Source: Candidatus Electrothrix sp. GW3-4 (GTDB taxonomy: Bacteria > Desulfobacterota > Desulfobulbia > Desulfobulbales > Desulfobulbaceae). From it: DNA of 32,000 nucleotides. Shown in pieces: positions 26,594 to 32,000 of the stretch (within the stretch, counting starts at the first letter, position 1; each line of letters starts with the position of its first letter). The stretch spans positions 330,001 to 362,000 of the forward strand of contig NZ_CP147990.1 of assembly GCF_037902255.1 (NCBI RefSeq), given 5' to 3'. The position numbers and the translations under genes were made by a program. Under the pieces are notes generated by a model that worked only from the letters and a program-made list of their open reading frames with translations, was not told the origin of the DNA and made no database searches.

Positions 26594-26636
26594 ATACTTT
26601 TTTAAAAAATATTGAGTTGTGTGTCACTCATAAACT

Positions 26637-28940
26637 ATGCCCAATTCTCTTTACCTCTTTCAATGGAGCATCATTTTGAAAACTAGTCTTTTTGCAGGTT
26701 TTCGTCAATATTATATTGCATTACCCGTTTTCCTCCTTTCGCTCTACTGTTCAATCCATTTTCAATCTGTTGCCTTGGCGCAAGACACTTTTCCGGACAG
26801 TACTGTTCTTGCACCCGGCGACACCGTGCGACTAACGCTCAAAGAGCATTCGTTTTTAAACAGTCTTGCCGGTAATTATACCGTCAATCCTGAGGGGAAT
26901 ATCAGCATTAAGGGAATTGGAGCCGTCCAGATGGCAGGCGGAACCGTCTCTACTCGAAAAGAAGAGATACGGATAGCTCTCCAGGAAATCATTTCTATTG
27001 AACCGAAAGCGAAGCTCTCTCTCATTAAGCAGAATCGATTCGTCCTCATGGCTCATGGGGTTCGCTACCCTGGCTGGTACAAAGTCCCTTTAAATCAGTC
27101 AATTGAAGACTTAACAGATGTCGCTTCAGGTGCCATTCCTGGAGCGGCTTTATCTACAGCAAAAATATCCAGGGTGATTTCCGGTGAAACTCAGGATATT
27201 CCTTTTGAAGAAGCCTTACCGCTCCAATCATTTGATCATCTTACGCTTGATATTAACTCGAGCAGTGAGATTGTCGATAATGGTGACCTGTTGTATGTAG
27301 TTGTTCCCAGAGAAGTTACACCGGCAGAAAATGCACCGAGAGAAATGATTTTTTTTATGGATGAAGTACAGGTTGACAGATACGGTTATATATTTCTATC
27401 CAGCCAGGGCAGTATCAAGGTGGCTGGTCATACTACCGAACAAATCAGCAAAATACTTACAGACAATTTACCCGTATATCTCAAGACAAATGACAAGGCG
27501 GAAGTCAACCTCATAGCCAAAAAACATTACACGCAAATTCTCGGTCAAATTGCTCAACCAGGTTGGTACAATGTCCATGAGTCAGCAAACATTCAGGCTG
27601 TTATCCACCAAGCCGGTGGTATCCTTCCAGGCGGGGATCTTGGCAACGTGATCATCTCCCGAAAAAAAGATGGTCATACCGAGAGATTGACAGCGGATGT
27701 TCATTATTATTTCTTAATGGGTGATGACAGGATGTTGCCTGTGCTTCACGAAAATGACACGATTTTTATTCCTCTTGCTCCGGTTGTTGATATGCCGGAG
27801 GAAGTTGCGCCAATTGAAATTGCATCAATCCGCGTCCTTGGCGCGGTCAATACCCCCGGAATGTATCCCGCTCCAACAGGAATGAATCTCTTGGATCTTC
27901 TACTCACTGCCGGGGGCGGGGTGCCGGAGGCTGATCTGAGCAGAATACAAATTATGCGACCGAATAAAAAGAAAGAAATTTTCAACCTGCAGAGCATGCT
28001 TAATAACGATACGTCTTCGCAGGCTTCAGCTCCACCCGTCCTCCATGGTGACGACATTGTTTTTGTGCCGATGCAAGAGGGGACGGCTGCACAGTCTCTT
28101 TCCCCATCAGAGATGATACGAATTCTCGGTGCCGTTAATACCCCCGGAATGTATCCCGCTCCAACAGGAATGAATCTCTTGGATCTTCTACTCACTGCCG
28201 GGGGCGGGGTGCCGGAGGCTGATCTGAGCAGAATACAAATTATGCGACCGAATAAAAAGAAAGAATTGTTCGATTTGCAGGGCATGCTTGACAGCAGTAC
28301 GTCTTCGCTGGCTTCAACTCTTCCCGTCCTCCATGGAGACGACATTGTTTTTGTGCCGATGCAAGGGGGGGCAGCAGCGCAGCCTCCCGCCCCGTCAGAG
28401 ATGATACGGATTTACGGTGCTGTTAACAGTCCGGCGAGATACCCTGCACCCAAAACAGGATTGGATTTGCTCGATATTTTAATTGCCGCCGGTGGAGAGT
28501 CCGCAGATGCTGACCTTGAAAAAATATCAATTATGCGTGCAGACGGTAAAAAAGAAATGTTCGATATGAATGCCTTACTTGACACCGACAGACAGAATGC
28601 GGCTTTACCGAAGATATACGGCGGAGACATCATCCATATCGCACGGCGGCTTGTAGTTCCTGCCGGTGAGTTGGACCCCGACAACCCATTTGTTACAATA
28701 ATCGGATTGGGCAGCCAGGGGCAAGGAACACAACCTTTCGTTCCGCCAATGAGTCCTATACAGGCCATTGCCCAAGCTGGTGGAATGAATGAATTCGCCG
28801 ACACTGACGATATTATTATTATGCGCAGGGTGAACGGTGAACAGAAAAATTTACCCTACGACTATGACAAAGCACTGAAAGGGAAAAAACCTGACGTGGA
28901 CTTTCAACTACAAAATAGGGATATTATTTATATACCTTGA
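26637..28940 (+). CDS. Polysaccharide export protein (Wza/Poly_export family) with multiple SLBB modules
   Basis: 767 aa with a signal-peptide-like N-terminus ending VALA/QD. The Poly_export motif is LAPGDTVRLTL...NPEGNISIKGIGAVQMAGGTVSTRKEEIRIAL, with a second similar motif VDRYGYIFLSSQGSIKVAGHTTEQISKILTDNL. About six SLBB-like units follow the pattern (I/V)xGxVxxPGxYxxxxxxxLxxxIxxAGG. Confidence 0.85.
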   Translation: MPNSLYLFQWSIILKTSLFAGFRQYYIALPVFLLSLYCSIHFQSVALAQDTFPDSTVLAPGDTVRLTLKEHSFLNSLAGNYTVNPEGNISIKGIGAVQMAGGTVSTRKEEIRIALQEIISIEPKAKLSLIKQNRFVLMAHGVRYPGWYKVPLNQSIEDLTDVASGAIPGAALSTAKISRVISGETQDIPFEEALPLQSFDHLTLDINSSSEIVDNGDLLYVVVPREVTPAENAPREMIFFMDEVQVDRYGYIFLSSQGSIKVAGHTTEQISKILTDNLPVYLKTNDKAEVNLIAKKHYTQILGQIAQPGWYNVHESANIQAVIHQAGGILPGGDLGNVIISRKKDGHTERLTADVHYYFLMGDDRMLPVLHENDTIFIPLAPVVDMPEEVAPIEIASIRVLGAVNTPGMYPAPTGMNLLDLLLTAGGGVPEADLSRIQIMRPNKKKEIFNLQSMLNNDTSSQASAPPVLHGDDIVFVPMQEGTAAQSLSPSEMIRILGAVNTPGMYPAPTGMNLLDLLLTAGGGVPEADLSRIQIMRPNKKKELFDLQGMLDSSTSSLASTLPVLHGDDIVFVPMQGGAAAQPPAPSEMIRIYGAVNSPARYPAPKTGLDLLDILIAAGGESADADLEKISIMRADGKKEMFDMNALLDTDRQNAALPKIYGGDIIHIARRLVVPAGELDPDNPFVTIIGLGSQGQGTQPFVPPMSPIQAIAQAGGMNEFADTDDIIIMRRVNGEQKNLPYDYDKALKGKKPDVDFQLQNRDIIYIP
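27828..28691 (+). repeat. Three in-frame tandem 288-bp (96-codon) repeats inside the exporter gene
   Basis: Units start at 27828, 28116 and 28404. Units 1 and 2 share a 129-nt perfectly identical stretch (27849-27977 = 28137-28265) and then diverge. Unit 3 is much more diverged. Confidence 0.95.
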
Positions 28941-28986
28941 CAGGATTTCCTTCAGGTACGACAGCCATTGAAAATGGGTTACCTTT

Positions 28987-29934
28987 ATGCTGAACAAAAC
29001 TTCAATCTCAGTTTGTTTTCTTTTGCTTATAGGCGCACCGTTTTTTTTTATCGGGGGACAAAACCTTGAGCTGCGGTCACTTGAAGCACTTTGGAATCTG
29101 GGGCATGTTCTGTTTTTTTCTTTGGTAACTTGGCTGGGGTGCCTTGTATTTCAATATTACCGCCCTGAAACCCCCATATTAACCTACCGTATTTATATAT
29201 TTTTATCAGTTCTCATCATAGGCGCCAGTATTGAGGGGCTACAGTTAAATATTGTTGGACGACATAACTTTGATATTGCAGATATTTTCAGAAACCAGCT
29301 TGGCTGTTTAATCATGCTTACACTTGTTTCTTCCAGAATGAAGCAACGGAAGAAATCAACAGTTTATCTGTATCAACTCACTGCCGTTTTGCTTATCAGT
29401 GTCGCTTTGTATCCTTTAAGCAAAGCCGCCATTGACGAGCTGACAGCGTTAAACCAGTTCCCTCTACTTTCTGATTTTGAAACACCTTTTGAGGTTGATC
29501 GCTGGGAAGGAAACTCGTTGTTAAGTATTCATAAAGGTATTTTCAGGCACGGACAGCACTCACTCCAGGTGCGATTGCTGACTGATACCTATTCCGGGGC
29601 ATCTCTTGCTTCATTTCCTGGAAATTGGCAAGGATTTGATTCTTTATTTTTTAGTATTTATTCCTGTGATGACAATCTCAAATTGACATGTCGCATCCAT
29701 GATGCAGAGCATAATCATCAATATTCAGATCGATTTAACAAGCGATTTATATTGAAAAAAGGATGGAATGACTTGATGATTTCTCTGGATGATATCGAAA
29801 AAGCACCGGTGGATCGCTTGATAAATACGGATAAAATTAAAAAAATAGTGTTTTTTGTTTCCAGGCAGGAGAGAGAACATACGATTTATATCGATCATAT
29901 TTATCTGAAAAGAAATGAGACTGAACCTTATTGA
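28987..29934 (+). CDS. VanZ-like membrane domain fused to a C-terminal beta-sandwich (carbohydrate-binding-module-like) domain
   Basis: 315 aa. It has about 5 hydrophobic segments, with LWNLGHVLFFSLVTWLG and SIEGLQLNIVGRHNFDIADIFRNQLGCL matching the VanZ pattern (H...F; E..Q...GR...D..D...N..G). The C-terminal 170 aa (LSDFETPFEVDRWEG...GQHSLQVRL...FPGNWQGFDSLFFSIY...GWNDLMISLDDI...IYIDHIYL) follow the CBM/CIA30-like pattern. Confidence 0.7.
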   Translation: MLNKTSISVCFLLLIGAPFFFIGGQNLELRSLEALWNLGHVLFFSLVTWLGCLVFQYYRPETPILTYRIYIFLSVLIIGASIEGLQLNIVGRHNFDIADIFRNQLGCLIMLTLVSSRMKQRKKSTVYLYQLTAVLLISVALYPLSKAAIDELTALNQFPLLSDFETPFEVDRWEGNSLLSIHKGIFRHGQHSLQVRLLTDTYSGASLASFPGNWQGFDSLFFSIYSCDDNLKLTCRIHDAEHNHQYSDRFNKRFILKKGWNDLMISLDDIEKAPVDRLINTDKIKKIVFFVSRQEREHTIYIDHIYLKRNETEPY

Positions 29935-29998
29935 GCGGTTATGAGAGTTTGTAAAAAAAAAATTGATCCAATACGATGGCCGAGTTCGAAAATTTTAA

Positions 29999-30654
29999 AA
30001 TGGCGATAAGCGGTTACCTGAATCGACACATATGAGGGTACCGGGATGAACTGAGGACATTGCTCATCCTCAATTTTCAGACTTTTAAAAAGATCAGGAA
30101 AAGAAGCTACCTGCATTCGTATAATAAGTGCATAACCTCCTCAGGTATCTGATACCGGAAACATCTTTGAGTAACCTGTATTATCAATGGTTCGGTAAAT
30201 TTTGCTTCAGATTATGCAAGTGCAGACGCTGTATTCAACAGTTCTTCATAATCGAAGTTGAATTTATCTGAAACTAGCTCAATATCCAGTTTGGATAAAA
30301 TTCGGTCGAGAAATACAATACCTTCGCCATTCAGCGAGCAGATTCATGGCTAGATCTCCTTCCGAATTGCTTGCTAATTGGGCTGTAATACGTGCCGTGC
30401 GTTGTCACTGTAACTCGCTGAGTATAGCTGGAAATAATTAAAACTCTGTCCGCCAAATGCCGGACCGTTTTTTAAGTTACAGGTCAATTATTAACTCTTT
30501 GAAACACTGTAACCTCTGCTGAAAGATCGCCATTCAGAATGGCGAAGGTATTGCAAATTCCAGAAGGTATTTCTATTCAATCCATCGCTAACCAAGTTGC
30601 CGTTCTTGGGCGGGTTAACACGCTAAAAGAGGTGATTTAATGGCGATGGTATTG
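29999..30654. repeat. Cluster of AATGGCGA/TCGCCATT-containing repeats, including a 19-nt inverted repeat bracketing 200 bp
   Basis: AATGGCGA is at 29999, 30538 and 30639 on the plus strand. TCGCCATT is at 30324 and 30527. There is an 8-3-8 palindrome at 30527-30545. The IR 30316-30334 / 30535-30553 is 18/19 complementary. A third copy at 30640-30654 matches 14/15. Confidence 0.8.
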
Positions 30655-30914
30655 AGTTATCATGGTAGTTATGATGTTGCGATCTAACTTTCCAATGATA
30701 ATCATATGGTTGTTTATGTCAAAGCCCCCTCCCCTAAATCCGTAACAGTCAGAAAAAAAACGCACCTCTCGTTATATTCTCCTTCTGCTTACAGCTGGAT
30801 ATCCTTCCTCTGTCTTCTCTTCATAGCCCGAATGATGAGGTCCTGGAATATATCTTGGGAAGAGATTCTCTTGGCGCTCTTTTTCTTGAATCAAAAGGGG
30901 ATAAAGAACCTTTT

Positions 30915-31202
30915 CTACCAATAAGGTCCCCATTGGGAATACGTTGACCCGGAAGCATTGTATACTCCCCCCTTGTCTTGACAGACAGCCACAGCCCGGG
31001 CCCAAAGCGCTGTCAGCGCCTCGTTGTGGTGTGTATAGCTCATGCCAACCCAGATGGGGATATTATCGTAATTGTTGCAGTAGGCAGCTCCTGAGGCCCC
31101 CCAGAAGGCAGTTGCTGAGCCTTTCCACTCAGCAAGGCCTTGGTTGCTCAACACGAAGGAGCAGGAAAGAACTATTCCGATGATTGTTTTGTTGAACGGC
31201 AT
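30915..31202 (-). CDS. Small secreted protein (95 aa), unknown function
   Basis: The ATG at 31202 is preceded by AAGGGAGG with a 7-nt spacer. MPFNKTIIGIVLSCSFVLSNQGLA/EW is a signal peptide. The mature part is Trp/Tyr/Gly-rich with 2 Cys. The track's 213-aa version starts at a TTG with no SD (see findings). Confidence 0.65.
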   Translation of the reverse strand: MPFNKTIIGIVLSCSFVLSNQGLAEWKGSATAFWGASGAAYCNNYDNIPIWVGMSYTHHNEALTALWARAVAVCQDKGGVYNASGSTYSQWGPYW

Positions 31203-31556
31203 GGTATTTCCTCCCTTGTAGGATTTTTTATTATTATAAAGGGTGGGGTTGGAAAAGGGAAATCTTTTTCCAGAGCGTGCTGAATTATGGGGGAAAATAT
31301 GTGTAGTCAGGAAGACGCTGTCCTGCGAACGAGCATCAGGATAACTGGCCTTGGTCAAGGGGCGATCAAGATAACGCAGGGCACGGGTGCTTGTCCCGGT
31401 TATATGAGCATGTCGCAACAGGGCCGTCCATGGGCGCTTTGAGTGATTCAGGGCTATCCGAAAACCAGATCCGTCGCCCACTCGCTCTGCCCCCACGTCA
31501 CAGAGCGGTTCTCCTGTGCTCTCCGCCAGATACAGGAGCACATCTCCGTACCTCAA
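31203..31556 (-). other. GC-rich unexplained region upstream of the small secreted-protein gene (structured leader, ncRNA or decayed coding sequence)
   Basis: 36 of 60 bases are G/C in 31441-31500, versus 16 of 60 in 31561-31620. Hairpins: cgctctg/cagagcg (31483-31507), cagga/tcctg (31308-31325), and competing ctcctgt/acaggag and gtgctc/gagcac pairings (31511-31541). The region is stop-free in the frame of the downstream gene but has no ATG. Confidence 0.3.
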
Positions 31557-31697
31557 TTGTTATTTTTTATTTACTTTTACATCCCAGATGGTAAAAACTT
31601 GAACGAGTACAAAAAAGTACCGTGACGTGTTCGACTCATCTGTCAATTTTTATTGTCCCGATCCGCTGGCCAGGATGGGGATGAGCCTGGAACGACT

Positions 31698-32000
31698 ATG
31701 GAAGATAAGAAAAAAAACCGTGCGCATCTCCTTGCTGAAATAAAACTTCTGCAAGGAAAACTCGTCGAGCTGGAGTCTGTCCAACAAGAAAAACAAGAAA
31801 TTGAAGTGGCGCTTCAGCAATCAAAAGAACTTCTCGAAATGCTGATGAATAACATTCCAAGTCAGGTCTTTTGGAAAAACCGTGCGCTTATCTACACGGG
31901 GTGCAACCAAACCTTTGCCGAAGTGGTCGGTATGAGTAGCCCCTCAGAAGTGATTGGAAAGTCTGATTATGATTTCCAGAGGAACTCGACCCACGCGAAG
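31698..32000 (+). CDS. PAS-domain sensor protein, N-terminal part (runs off the window end)
   Basis: Absent from the ORF track because it has no stop. An ATG at 31698 opens 101 codons: MEDKKKNRAHLLAEIKLLQGKLVELESVQQEKQEIEVALQQSKELLEMLMNNIPSQVFWKNRALIYTGCNQTFAEVVGMSSPSEVIGKSDYDF. This is a coiled coil followed by a PAS-core-like pattern. Confidence 0.7.
   Translation, partial: MEDKKKNRAHLLAEIKLLQGKLVELESVQQEKQEIEVALQQSKELLEMLMNNIPSQVFWKNRALIYTGCNQTFAEVVGMSSPSEVIGKSDYDFQRNSTHAK

Noticed and set aside
26433-26627. 64-aa minus-strand ORF in the divergent promoter region
   Set aside because: It has no SD and an odd composition. It occupies the AT-rich regulatory gap that holds a near-consensus plus-strand promoter.
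27828-28691. Possible CRISPR array or other noncoding tandem repeat
   Set aside because: The units are contiguous with no spacers. They are 288 bp long, in frame, and encode recognisable SLBB modules.
27746-28804. Antisense ORFs of 199 aa and 130 aa inside the exporter gene
   Set aside because: These are shadow ORFs opposite a well-supported gene. Their internal repetition simply mirrors the 288-bp coding repeats, and their composition is Ser/Arg/Pro-rich.
28987-29934. Exosortase candidate (multi-pass membrane protein next to the EPS exporter)
   Set aside because: The motifs fit VanZ (GH...F, E..Q...GR..D..D...N..G). I did not see the conserved Cys/Arg/His pattern expected of exosortases, and the C-terminal half is a soluble beta-sandwich-like domain.
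30915-31556. 213-aa ORF from the track taken at face value as one protein
   Set aside because: It starts at a TTG with no Shine-Dalgarno sequence and contains no in-frame ATG for 118 codons. The internal ATG at 31202 has an AAGGGAGG SD and is followed by a textbook signal peptide. I call the short form and keep the long form only as an alternative (see the finding).
31260-31560. Known structured RNAs (RNase P, tmRNA, SRP, 6S, cobalamin, TPP, SAM-I, c-di-GMP, ZTP, Mn, Moco riboswitches, group II intron domain V)
   Set aside because: I compared both strands by eye with the remembered core consensus of each class (for example GGAAAGUCCGGGC, the B12 box, CUGAGA...ACCUGAUCUGGAUAAUGCCAGCG, GGUUCGAnUCC...CCA). 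None was present. This comparison is weak and needs Infernal.

Overview
AT-rich (roughly 40% GC by eye) segment from a diderm-type bacterium. It is dominated by one large exopolysaccharide/capsule locus. About 20 genes lie on the minus strand (26355 down to 2375): AsnB-like amidotransferase, ACP, AMP-forming ligase, PP-loop N-acetyl-sugar amidotransferase, two polysaccharide deacetylases, five glycosyltransferases, a sulfotransferase, a hexapeptide acetyltransferase, a Wzx-like flippase, a Wzy/O-antigen-ligase-like protein, a CapK/PaaK-like ligase, a frameshifted VOC gene and two paralogous secreted proteins. A divergent plus-strand pair encodes a 767-aa multi-SLBB Wza-like exporter and a VanZ-like/beta-sandwich fusion protein. 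Gene content resembles the accessory set described for PEP-CTERM/exosortase (XrtA) EPS loci, but no exosortase is in the window. Mobile DNA punctures the locus. One IS with an 11-bp target duplication (540-1976) sits upstream of a secreted-protein gene. A second IS (4815-6361) landed exactly on the start codon of the Wzy-like gene. A GC-rich IS1-like gene plus an ISL3 3' fragment lie at 6.4-7.9 kb. The last 2 kb is not EPS-related. It holds a repeat-dense noncoding stretch with a 19-nt inverted repeat bracketing 200 bp (candidate invertible or operator region), a GC-rich island with a small secreted protein and an unexplained 350-nt upstream region, and the start of a PAS sensor gene. No rRNA, tRNA or CRISPR array was seen. 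All homology statements come from motif recognition by eye; no searches were run.
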